Source: an uncultured Gemmatimonadales bacterium (GTDB lineage Bacteria > Gemmatimonadota > Gemmatimonadetes > Gemmatimonadales > Gemmatimonadaceae). From it: 64,000 nucleotides of DNA. Position numbers and translations under genes: made by a program. Where the stretch lies: positions 1,440,001 through 1,504,000 of the forward strand of contig CAWBZV010000003.1 in the NCBI GenBank assembly GCA_963793305.1. The letters are read 5' to 3'. The first letter of the stretch is position 1, and every line of letters starts with the position of its first letter. Shown in pieces: positions 19,858-28,965 of the stretch. A model generated the notes under the pieces. The model made no database searches. It was given only the letters and a program-made list of their open reading frames with translations, and had not been told where the DNA came from.

Positions 19858-21819
19858 ATGCACTTGATCTGCGCGCTCTGGCTCCTGGTACAACCCCCGT
19901 CGCAGCCCTGGCAGATCATCGACGCGCCGCAGTCGTCGGTGGTCTACGCCAAGGACGGGACGGTGATTGGCGAGCTGGGGCGCCAAATCCGTACGAGCGT
20001 GCCACTTGGTTCGCTCCCGGCGTATGTGCCCGAGGCGTTCATCGCCGTCGAGGATCGCCGGTTCTATCACCACGACGGCGTGGATGTCGTCGGGATTTTT
20101 GGCGTCCTCAAAGACGCGCTCAAGGGCCACGCTCGCGGCGGCAGCACGATTACCATGCAGCTCGTCGGGAACATGCACCCCAACGTCGTCAGCCGCCGCG
20201 ACAAGAGCATCGACCGGAAGCTCCGCGAGCAGGACGCCGCCCGCGAGATGGAGCGCCACTACTCAAAAAAGCAGATCCTGGAAGCGTATCTCAACCAGAT
20301 CGAGCTCGGGCACGGCTGGTACGGGATCGACGCAGCGGCTCGCCACTACTTCGGTACGGACGCCGCGCATTTGACGCTCTCGCAGGCTGCCACGCTCGCC
20401 GCCCTCCCACGCAGCCCGCCGTACTACGACCCCATCCGCCACCCGGACCGTGCAACGGCCCGCCGTGATCTCGTGCTCCGACTCATGGCCGACCAGGACA
20501 TGATCTCGCGCGCTGTGGCGGATCGGGCGAAGCGAGATTCGTTGATCGTGAGTCCCGAAGTCCACGGGTTGGCGCCGTACTTCGTCGATGCCGTTCGCGC
20601 GGACGCCGAGCACGCGGGCATTCCCGTCGACAGCGGCGGCTATCGGCTCTACACGACCCTCGACGCGACCCTCCAGCGGGCCGCGATCACCGCGGTCCGC
20701 GATGGCGCCAAGGCAGTCGAAGGCCGGCCTGGCTACACGAATCCGACATACGGCGGCGCATCGAAAGACTATTTGCAGGGCCTTTTGATCTCGCTCGACC
20801 CCGCAACCGGCGAGGTGCGTGCGCTGGTCGGCGGCCGCGATTATCAAGATTCTCCATACGACCGCGCGCTCTCGGCCCTTCGCCAACCCGGATCGGCATT
20901 CAAGCCAATTGTCTACGCCGCCGCCATTGCCGACAGCATCGCGGCGAACACGATCGTGTATGACACGGCGATAGCGATCCCGCTCGATGACGGGAGCGTC
21001 TACAAGCCCGAAGACTCGGACCACCAGTTTTTGGGACCACTCACGTTGCGCGAAGCGTTGACCAGATCGCGCAACACCGTCGCCGTACAGTTGGGTCTCG
21101 CCGTCGGGATCGACACGGTGATCGCGCTGGCGCAGCGCTTAGGCATCACGACGCCGATCGCCCCCTTTCCTGCCTCGGCGATCGGTGCGTCGGAGGTCCG
21201 TCCGATCGAGCTCGTGACGGCCTATGCGCCGTTCGCGAACGGCGGCACGGCGATCCAGCCGCGTACGATCCTGCACGTCGACGACCGCTCCGGTCGCCTC
21301 GTATGGGCTGGCCAGGGCGGCCCCACGGTGCCCGCGCTCGACTCGAACGTCGCCTACATCGTGCGGGACATGATGCGAGATGTGATCGACCGCGGCACGG
21401 CCATGGGCGTCCGCAAGCTGATCGGCGCCACGCTCCCGGCGGCGGGCAAGACTGGCACGACGAATGACGACACCGACGTCTGGTTTATCGGCATGACGCC
21501 GGATCTCGTCACGGGCGTGTGGCTCGGGTTCGACCATCCGCGCCCGATCGCCGCCGGCGCCGCGGGCGGTTCGCTCGCCGCGCCGATCTGGGCGCACCTC
21601 ATGGCCCAGTACTATGCCGCCGGTGCCGGACATCAGCCGGTCGAGTGGACACCGCCAGCGACGTTGATCACCGCGGCGTTGGACCGTCGTACCGGCACCC
21701 TCGCCGATTCGACAACGCCACCGGACCAACGGTACACCGAGTACTTCCTGTCCGGCACTGAGCCACAGGCGCTGCGATTCGACATCACCAGCATTTTCAG
21801 CGGCGGCCCTATTCAGTAA
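19858..21819 (+). CDS. Class A penicillin-binding protein (transglycosylase/transpeptidase, PBP1A family)
   Basis: EDRRFYHHDG, GGSTITMQL, ILEAYLN; SAFK, SRN, KTG motifs. Confidence 0.94.
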   Translation: MHLICALWLLVQPPSQPWQIIDAPQSSVVYAKDGTVIGELGRQIRTSVPLGSLPAYVPEAFIAVEDRRFYHHDGVDVVGIFGVLKDALKGHARGGSTITMQLVGNMHPNVVSRRDKSIDRKLREQDAAREMERHYSKKQILEAYLNQIELGHGWYGIDAAARHYFGTDAAHLTLSQAATLAALPRSPPYYDPIRHPDRATARRDLVLRLMADQDMISRAVADRAKRDSLIVSPEVHGLAPYFVDAVRADAEHAGIPVDSGGYRLYTTLDATLQRAAITAVRDGAKAVEGRPGYTNPTYGGASKDYLQGLLISLDPATGEVRALVGGRDYQDSPYDRALSALRQPGSAFKPIVYAAAIADSIAANTIVYDTAIAIPLDDGSVYKPEDSDHQFLGPLTLREALTRSRNTVAVQLGLAVGIDTVIALAQRLGITTPIAPFPASAIGASEVRPIELVTAYAPFANGGTAIQPRTILHVDDRSGRLVWAGQGGPTVPALDSNVAYIVRDMMRDVIDRGTAMGVRKLIGATLPAAGKTGTTNDDTDVWFIGMTPDLVTGVWLGFDHPRPIAAGAAGGSLAAPIWAHLMAQYYAAGAGHQPVEWTPPATLITAALDRRTGTLADSTTPPDQRYTEYFLSGTEPQALRFDITSIFSGGPIQ

Positions 21820-21821
21820 GA

Positions 21822-21892
21822 ACGGTCAGTGACTGATGAGCCACTGACCGTCCGGGTGTCACGCGCTGCGTCGACGAGCGGCGGAGCCGCTC
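21822..21892. terminator. Two hairpins between convergent PBP and lon genes (possible bidirectional terminator or REP-like element)
   Basis: ACGGTCAGTG/CACTGACCGT (21822-21851) and GAGCGGC-GGA-GCCGCTC (21876-21892); no U-tract. Confidence 0.5.
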
Positions 21893-24473
21893 AGCCAGCG
21901 ATGGCGGCTTCCTCTTCAGCCTCTTCCATCTCGGTCTTCCGCGTGCTGACCGGCTTGGTCGCCGGCAGCAACGCCACCGCGAAGACCTCGTCGAGCGTCT
22001 CGACCGGATAGAACGTGAGCACATTCCGGACTTCCTCCGGGATGTCCTCCATGTCCGCCTCGTTCGCCTTCGGCAGCACTATCACTCCAATGCCGGCCCG
22101 ATGGGCGCCGAGCACTTTCTCCTTCAGCCCACCGATCGGCAGCACGCGCCCACGCAGCGTGATCTCACCCGTCATCGCGACATCCCTTCTTACCGGTCTT
22201 CCAGACATCGCACTGACCAGTGCCGTCGCCATGGTGACGCCGGCCGACGGTCCGTCCTTTGGAATGGCACCCGCTGGCACGTGGACGTGGACCTCCATCG
22301 AGCCAAGCCGCTCCTCGGGAATCTGAAGTCTCGAAGCATGAGTCGCGGCGTAGGTGAGTGCCGCTCGAGCAGATTCTTTCATCACGTCGCCGAGCTGCCC
22401 CGTCAAGATCAACGAGACATTCCCGCCGCCGCTCACCTGGACCTTCTCGTCGTCGGTTCTCGGCGCCGATCCAAGCCGGCGAATGGCGGCTTCGACGAAC
22501 ATGATGTCGCCACCCATCGGGGTATAGAACATCCCCGTGGCGACGCCCACTTCGTTCTGCTCGTTCGCCCGTTCCGGGTGAACGCGTGGACGGCCGAGTA
22601 GCTCGCGCACGTCATCCGCGGTGATCTGCAGATCATCCGTGCCTCCACTCGCCAGCCGTCGCGCGATCTTGCGCGCCACCGCGCCGATCTGCCGCTCGAG
22701 CTGCCGGACCCCAGCTTCCCGAGTGTACTCGGATACGATGCGCATGACGGCCTCGTCATCGAACTTGACCGTACGCCCACCGGCGTTGAGCCCCGACTCC
22801 TCCAGCTGTCTCGGAATCAAGTACTTCTTGGCGATCTCCGCCTTCTCTCTCTCGGTATAGCCCGCGAAGTCGACGACTTCCATACGGTCGAGCAGCGGAC
22901 CGGGGATGTTCTGGATGAAGTTCGCCGTCGCGATGAACAACACCTCGCTCAAGTCGAACGGGATGCCGAGATAGTGATCCGTGAACGTGTCGTTCTGAGC
23001 CGGATCGAGCACCTCGAGCAACGCCGACGCTGGATCGCCCTGATACGACGTTCCCAGCTTGTCGACCTCGTCGAGCAAGAACACGGGGTTCTTCGTGCCC
23101 GCCTGCTTCATCCCCTGGATGATCCGGCCGGGCATGGCGCCGACGTACGTGCGACGGTGGCCACGAATGTCAGCCTCGTCACGCGTGCCGCCGAGCGAAA
23201 CGCGAACGTATTCGCGACCGAGCGACCGGGCGATCGATTTCGCGATCGAGGTCTTGCCGACGCCTGGCGGACCGACGAACAAAAGGATCGGGCCCTTGGC
23301 CATCGCGCGCGCCTTCGCCTCTTTCGTGTCGGAGATCCGACGATCATCGTCGTCACCCGACCTGAGCGCCGGCGTCGCGTCCTCTTTCCGTGCCTTGAGC
23401 TTGGCCGCGGGGACCTCGCCCGTCGTCTCGACTTCGTCGGCCAGTTGCTGCGCTCTCAGCTGGCGCACCGCCAAGAACTCCAAGACGCGATCCTTCACGT
23501 CCTTGAGCCCGTAGTGGTCCTCGTCCAGCACCGACTCGGCCCGGCCGAGCTCCAACTTGTCGTCAGATCGCGTATTCCACGGCAGCTCAGCGATCCATTC
23601 CAGATAGGTTCGGATCACCTGCGCTTCCATGGACTCGCGCCCCGCGCGCTCCAAGCGACCGAGCTCGCGCTCGACCTCGGCCCGCGCCTCTTTCGGCAGC
23701 TCCAGCTTGTTCAGCTTATCCCGCAGGTCATTGATCTCGCGCGCGGAGTCGTCGTCGCCAAGCTCCTTTTGGATCGCTTTCATCTGCTCGCGCAGATACA
23801 TCTCGCGCTGGCGCTCGCCCAACTCCTCCTGGACTTGCGACTTGATCTCTTCCTGCGCCTCGAGCAGCCCGATTTGCCGCTGCACGGCCACGAGCACGCG
23901 GCGGAGGCGCTCTTCGACGCTCAACGTTTCGAGCAAGCCCTGTTTCTCGGCGACACTGAGCTCGATATAGCCCGCGACCAAGTCGGCGAACTTGCCCGGC
24001 TCGGTGACCGAGTCCAGAACTTGATGGACGACCTCTTCGGGCAGTCCCCGACGCTCGCCGAGCTCGGCGGCCCGTTCCCGTATTTCCTTATGCAGGGCTT
24101 CGAACGCCGCGTCGTGCTCATTGATCGGCGTCATTTCCTCGACCGGGATCACAACCGCGGCGAGATAATTGTCGATGGTTTGGTATTGGAGGGCGGTCGC
24201 TCGCTGCTCCCCCTGCAAGAGCAGTTGCACGCCCCCGAGCCCCCGCTGAATCTGTCCGATGCGGGCAATGACGCCCATCGTATACAGAATCTCCGGTGCC
24301 GGCTCGTCGGTGTTATCGCGCTGCGCGACCGCGAATACAAGCCGGTCGCCCTTGAGCGCCGCCTCGATCGCGCGCAGCGTGCCCGGTCGTCCCGCCGCTA
24401 TCGGCTGGGTCAGGCCGGGAAAAATCACCGTTCCGCGGAGAGGCAGAACGGGGAGTGTCTGACGTGTTGCCAT
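21891..24473 (-). CDS. lon: ATP-dependent Lon protease
   Basis: LPVLPLR N-domain, GPPGVGKTS, IRGHRRTYVGAMPG, LLDEVDK, PKDGPSAG, IGGLKEK; GGAG SD. Confidence 0.97.
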   Translation of the reverse strand: MATRQTLPVLPLRGTVIFPGLTQPIAAGRPGTLRAIEAALKGDRLVFAVAQRDNTDEPAPEILYTMGVIARIGQIQRGLGGVQLLLQGEQRATALQYQTIDNYLAAVVIPVEEMTPINEHDAAFEALHKEIRERAAELGERRGLPEEVVHQVLDSVTEPGKFADLVAGYIELSVAEKQGLLETLSVEERLRRVLVAVQRQIGLLEAQEEIKSQVQEELGERQREMYLREQMKAIQKELGDDDSAREINDLRDKLNKLELPKEARAEVERELGRLERAGRESMEAQVIRTYLEWIAELPWNTRSDDKLELGRAESVLDEDHYGLKDVKDRVLEFLAVRQLRAQQLADEVETTGEVPAAKLKARKEDATPALRSGDDDDRRISDTKEAKARAMAKGPILLFVGPPGVGKTSIAKSIARSLGREYVRVSLGGTRDEADIRGHRRTYVGAMPGRIIQGMKQAGTKNPVFLLDEVDKLGTSYQGDPASALLEVLDPAQNDTFTDHYLGIPFDLSEVLFIATANFIQNIPGPLLDRMEVVDFAGYTEREKAEIAKKYLIPRQLEESGLNAGGRTVKFDDEAVMRIVSEYTREAGVRQLERQIGAVARKIARRLASGGTDDLQITADDVRELLGRPRVHPERANEQNEVGVATGMFYTPMGGDIMFVEAAIRRLGSAPRTDDEKVQVSGGGNVSLILTGQLGDVMKESARAALTYAATHASRLQIPEERLGSMEVHVHVPAGAIPKDGPSAGVTMATALVSAMSGRPVRRDVAMTGEITLRGRVLPIGGLKEKVLGAHRAGIGVIVLPKANEADMEDIPEEVRNVLTFYPVETLDEVFAVALLPATKPVSTRKTEMEEAEEEAAIAG

Positions 24474-24710
24474 TGAAACTCCAGCTCTAGTTGGTGCCGT
24501 TATTCTCCCCATACGGGGATCGGCATACCATCCGCACAATCGGTGCTATCCGAGTTACGCCAAGCAGGCGGGAATCGCAACACGCCTCCGCCTTCGTGAC
24601 ACTTCCCCCCACTTACCCCTGCCGCAGTGACTGGTTCGCGCTCCTTACCTTGACACGGCTGAGCGCGTCTCCTTTCGGGCAGTACGCATTGGTGCTACAC
24701 TAGGAAGGCT

Positions 24711-26825
24711 GTGCCACCAAACACTTCAGAATCCGCCGACCAGGAACTGCAAGCCCGTGTCGCCAATGTCCTTGCCCCGGCGTACGTCGTCGAGCGCGAG
24801 GTCGGGCGCGGTGGCATGGGTATCGTCTACCGCGCGAAAGATGTTCGGCTGAAACGCGTGGTGGCGGTGAAGCTGCTCCCGCCAGAGCTGGCATACCGGA
24901 CCGAGATCCGGACGCGGTTCCTCCAGGAAGCGGAAACAGCTGCCCAGCTGTCGCACCCGAACATCGTTCCCATCTATACGGTCGATGAGCGCGACGGCCT
25001 CGTGTACTTCGTCATGGCCTTCGTGGACGGCGACAATCTCGGCACCAAGCTCCGGGCAACGGGGCCCATGCCGGCCGAGCCCACCAAGCGCGTCCTCAAG
25101 GAAGTCGCCCAAGCACTCGCCTTCGCCCACGCTCGCGGCGTCATCCACCGCGATATCAAGCCCGACAACATTCTGTTGGACGCCGGCGACGGGCGGGCGC
25201 TCGTCACGGACTTCGGTATCGCGCGGGCCGTCGACGAAACAACCGGCACCCGTCTCACGGCGACCGGTGTCGCGATCGGCACCCCGGCCTACATGTCGCC
25301 CGAGCAGTGCGCTGGCGATCGCGCGATCGACGGCCGGAGCGATCTCTACGCGCTGGGCGTCGTCGGCTATCAAATGCTCTCCGGCGCGCCGCCGTTTACC
25401 GGGTCCAGCACCCCGGCGCTTCTCGTCAAGCAGATCTCGGAAGCGCCAGTCCCGCTCCGCGATCGTCGCGCGGATGTGCCCGAGCAGCTCGCTCGGGTCA
25501 TCATGAAGCTCTTGGCGAAGGCGCCGCAGGACCGCTTCGCGGATGCGACCGCGTTGGTGGCCGCTCTCGATGGCGCACCGGTCGCCGATCCGATGCCGTC
25601 GCGGGCCAGCGCGCCGAGCGGCCCACCATCTCTCGTGGCGCCACCGCCGTCCTTTCAGGCACCTGTCGCCATGCCGGCGCCGTCGCCGGCCTACGTCAGT
25701 GCGTTCACGCAGGAAGAGCTCGCGCGGTGGTCGGCCGCGCCGGTGAACAAGTTCCGGCGCCGTTTGAAGACGTACACGATCATCAACGCGGTGATCATCG
25801 TGTTGGCGATCGTGAGCGACTCCGATCTCTTCGGCATCACCGCGTTCTGGTCGGTGCTCATGGCCTACTGGTACGCCAAGCTCTGGGCCGACGGATTCGA
25901 CTGGCACGACGTGTTCAAGCAGCCGCGAGATCGGTTGTTCTTCGACGTGGCGGCCGAAGCCATCGACGGCACCAAGGCGATGTTCGACAAGAACAAACGG
26001 GCCGAGCTCCGCGAGAAGGCGCGGCAGACGCGGCTTTCGACGCCGGACGCGGTCCCGTACGCGCTCGTCCCGCCCGCGCCACGATCGGGGCGGCCGCCGA
26101 TGCCGCGACCCGCGCCTGAGCCGATCGATCCCGAGCTCGAGTCCTCGCGCCGCGCTGCCCGCGAGGAACGGCGGTCCGAGCGCCGCGATCAGCGCTCTGG
26201 CCGCTCGCGGCCAGTCATGACAGCACCTCCCTCGCCACTGCCCGGCCAAACGGGGGCTGTCCCTGTTGACGTCGTCTCGAAAGAGGCGGCGGCACTGGTC
26301 CCGCATGACGTGCTATTCGGTCCGCACGGGCAGAACGTGTTGCGTGCGGTCAAAGACCGTATCGCTGTCAAAGAGATCTTCGATAAACTCGGCCCTGCCG
26401 ACCGCGCGCTCTTGCCCGACGTCGTCCAGACGGTCGGCCATCTCGTCGAGCGCATCGCGTCGCTGGCCAGCGCGCTCCAACGCCTGGACGGTGACGTGCA
26501 CCCGGATGCATTGCCGGCGCTCGACAAGCGCATCGCCGACTGCGAGGCTGAACCCGAGTCGCCTGAGCGCGAGCGCAAGCTGGCGCTGCTCAAGCGGCAG
26601 CGCGCGACGCTCGGTGATCTCGCCGACCGCCGGTCCGCGCTCTATGCGCAGTTCGAGAACGCGGGAATCGTCCTGCAGAACATTCGCTTCGACCTCCTCA
26701 AGCTCCGCTCGGCCGGCGTGCAGTCGGCGATCGACGACGTCACCAGCGCGACCCAGGAGGCTCGGGCGCTCTCCCGCGAAATCGGCAACGTGCTCAACGT
26801 TGCGCAGGAGCTGAAGGCGATTTAG
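24711..26825 (+). CDS. Hanks-type Ser/Thr kinase with 2-TM hairpin and C-terminal coiled coil
   Basis: GRGGMG, VAVK, HRDIKPDN, DFG, GTPAYMSPE; two adjacent hydrophobic segments; helical C-terminus. Confidence 0.94.
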   Translation: MPPNTSESADQELQARVANVLAPAYVVEREVGRGGMGIVYRAKDVRLKRVVAVKLLPPELAYRTEIRTRFLQEAETAAQLSHPNIVPIYTVDERDGLVYFVMAFVDGDNLGTKLRATGPMPAEPTKRVLKEVAQALAFAHARGVIHRDIKPDNILLDAGDGRALVTDFGIARAVDETTGTRLTATGVAIGTPAYMSPEQCAGDRAIDGRSDLYALGVVGYQMLSGAPPFTGSSTPALLVKQISEAPVPLRDRRADVPEQLARVIMKLLAKAPQDRFADATALVAALDGAPVADPMPSRASAPSGPPSLVAPPPSFQAPVAMPAPSPAYVSAFTQEELARWSAAPVNKFRRRLKTYTIINAVIIVLAIVSDSDLFGITAFWSVLMAYWYAKLWADGFDWHDVFKQPRDRLFFDVAAEAIDGTKAMFDKNKRAELREKARQTRLSTPDAVPYALVPPAPRSGRPPMPRPAPEPIDPELESSRRAAREERRSERRDQRSGRSRPVMTAPPSPLPGQTGAVPVDVVSKEAAALVPHDVLFGPHGQNVLRAVKDRIAVKEIFDKLGPADRALLPDVVQTVGHLVERIASLASALQRLDGDVHPDALPALDKRIADCEAEPESPERERKLALLKRQRATLGDLADRRSALYAQFENAGIVLQNIRFDLLKLRSAGVQSAIDDVTSATQEARALSREIGNVLNVAQELKAI

Positions 26826-26828
26826 GCG

Positions 26829-28022
26829 GTGCTGGTTCCCCTTCTTTTCGCGCTACAGGTCAGCGTCATCGTGCCGAAGGCGCCGCTCGTCGCGACGCCG
26901 CCGATCGTGCGCGGGCTGTACGTGAACCGCTGGGCGGCACTCGGCAAGAAGATGTGGGAGCTGATCGGCGTCGCCGAGCACACCGAAATCAACGCGCTCG
27001 TCATCGACGTCAAGGACGATCGCGGATTCGTGCTCTATCGGAGCCGGGTAGCGCTCGCCCATGCGATTGGGGCGGACACGATGCGTCCCATGACCGCGGC
27101 CCACGTCCGCGCCGTGCTCGACACGATGCGCACGCACGGCATCTACCCGATCGCCCGGATCGTCGTCGCGAAAGATCCGCTATTAGCCGAGGCGCACCCG
27201 GAGTGGGCGATCCGCTCCCGGGCCGATACGAGCCGGGCGTGGCGGGACAAGCAGGGTCGCGCCTGGCTCGACGCGCACCAATGGCCGATCTGGCAATACG
27301 CGGCCGACCTCGCGCGCGAAGCCGTCGATCTCGGGTTCAGCGAGATCCAATTTGATTACGTCCGCTTCCCTGACGACAAGCACCTGATGCGCGAAGCGGC
27401 GTTCCCCCTCGCCAACGGCCGTCTTCGCGCCCAAGTCATTCGTGAACAACTCGGCCGCGTCCATACCCTCCTCGCCCCGCTGAGCGTACCGATCACTGCC
27501 GACGTTTTCGGCCTGACGGCCACGGACACGACGGACATGGGCATCGGCCAGCGCTGGGAGATGTTCGCCGACCAGGTCGACGTCGTCCTGCCGATGAGCT
27601 ATCCGTCGCACTACGCGCCGGGCACCTACGGCTTCTCGGTACCCAACGCGCATCCCTACGCCGTCATCGACCACACGCTCAAAGACGCGAAGCGTCGATC
27701 GGCGGCGCTCACCCGCCCGGTGGTCGTGCGGCCATGGTATCAAGACTTCACGCTGGGGCCGCCGCACTACGGAGCGACTCAGGTCCGCGATCAGATCAAG
27801 GCCGGCTACGACAACGGCATCGAGTCTTGGATTCTGTGGAACCCGGGCAGCCGGTACTCGACCGATGCCCTCGGCGATTACAACGAGTCGAGACGTTCCT
27901 CGAGCTCAGCGGCCATCCCGGCGTGCCCAAACCGCTGCGCGGACTCAATGCCTTTGCGCAGCGCCACTCGCGCCTCGTCAGTGCGCCCGAGCGATTCGAG
28001 CGCCGCCGCGAGCCGCCCGTAG
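26829..28022 (+). CDS. Putative glycoside hydrolase (DUF4015-like), exported
   Basis: VRGLYV, NALVIDVKDDRG, ARIVVAKD, EIQFDYVRFP, PMSYPSHY, RPWYQDF, WILWNP. Confidence 0.85.
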   Translation: MLVPLLFALQVSVIVPKAPLVATPPIVRGLYVNRWAALGKKMWELIGVAEHTEINALVIDVKDDRGFVLYRSRVALAHAIGADTMRPMTAAHVRAVLDTMRTHGIYPIARIVVAKDPLLAEAHPEWAIRSRADTSRAWRDKQGRAWLDAHQWPIWQYAADLAREAVDLGFSEIQFDYVRFPDDKHLMREAAFPLANGRLRAQVIREQLGRVHTLLAPLSVPITADVFGLTATDTTDMGIGQRWEMFADQVDVVLPMSYPSHYAPGTYGFSVPNAHPYAVIDHTLKDAKRRSAALTRPVVVRPWYQDFTLGPPHYGATQVRDQIKAGYDNGIESWILWNPGSRYSTDALGDYNESRRSSSSAAIPACPNRCADSMPLRSATRASSVRPSDSSAAASRP

Positions 28023-28186
28023 CCGTTGCCCTCGTCGTCGGATCCGGCGAGGTACGTCTCGAGGTGCGCCCGGGCCTCGTCCCACAGGCCTTCTTTCAGC
28101 GCCTCGTTCGCCAGGCCATAGTGCGCAAGAAGATTCGCGGGATCCTTCGCGACCATCTTTCGAAAGACGTCGATACGAGAGCTCAT
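27878..28186 (-). CDS. Small TPR-like protein
   Basis: DPANLLAHYGLANE...YGRLAAALESLGRTDEAR..LRKGIESA TPR pattern; ATGA coupling. Confidence 0.85.
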   Translation of the reverse strand: MSSRIDVFRKMVAKDPANLLAHYGLANEALKEGLWDEARAHLETYLAGSDDEGNGYGRLAAALESLGRTDEARVALRKGIESAQRFGHAGMAAELEERLDSL

Positions 28187-28965
28187 CGCTCCAGGAGCTG
28201 AGTGATAACCTGCGCCACGCGCTCGGGCGATTCCTCGGGCGCGTAATGCGCGTCGGACAACACGTCCAATGTGGCGCTGGGATTGAGCGCCTGCACCCCC
28301 CGCGCCGCCGCGACTGATTCGAACGGATCATTCGCCCCAGCGACCAGCGCCGTCGGCTTTGTCAGGCAGGCAGCGAGGGTTTCATCGGTGGGCAGCGCCG
28401 CCAACTGTGCCCCGAGGGCCGTGTGTCCTTCGGGTGTGGCGAACGGTCGCAGGTAATGCTCGAGCGAGCGATTCGCGCGCTCGGCGTCGACGTACCCGCG
28501 ACGCATGCGCGACCGTACGGCGCTCATGAGCAGCGGTGTCGGAACGTATCGGGCTCCCCTGAGCAACGACCATGATCGGCCCGCTCGGAGCGTGGCATTC
28601 ACGAAGCACAAGTGCGATGCACGCGGGGAATCGTCAATGGCGACGAGATTGGCGACGGCGGCGCCGAACCCGTGCCCCACGAGACACGCGCGGTCGATGC
28701 ACAACGCATCGAGCAGCCGTACGAGCCGTTTGGCGTGCGCCCGAGCCGTGAGCGGCTGCCCGGACGGCGGATCGCTTCGCCCGTGTCCGAGCAGGTCGAC
28801 GACAACCGTGCGGTGCCCGTCCGGCAAGCACGGTACCACGCACGACCACAGGTGCGATGACGTGAGGCACCCGTGGATGAGCACAACGGGCTCGCCCGCG
28901 CCTCGCGTCCCGGCCGCGTAGTAGTACAGCCGCGCTCCGCCGACGTCGACAAACTCGCCTCTCAT
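28183..28965 (-). CDS. Alpha/beta-fold hydrolase homologue (nucleophile elbow GHGFG)
   Basis: VVLIHG, DLLGHGRSD, LVGHGFG, GANDP, HYAPEE. Confidence 0.88.
   Translation of the reverse strand: MRGEFVDVGGARLYYYAAGTRGAGEPVVLIHGCLTSSHLWSCVVPCLPDGHRTVVVDLLGHGRSDPPSGQPLTARAHAKRLVRLLDALCIDRACLVGHGFGAAVANLVAIDDSPRASHLCFVNATLRAGRSWSLLRGARYVPTPLLMSAVRSRMRRGYVDAERANRSLEHYLRPFATPEGHTALGAQLAALPTDETLAACLTKPTALVAGANDPFESVAAARGVQALNPSATLDVLSDAHYAPEESPERVAQVITQLLER

Noticed and set aside
21833..21840. CTGATGAG resembling a hammerhead ribozyme core
   Set aside because: No stem II followed by GAAA; it is just the loop of a simple hairpin.
24532..24548. GCAC-N5-GTGCTA as a CIRCE element upstream of lon
   Set aside because: Arms and spacing do not match TTAGCACTC-N9-GAGTGCTAA.
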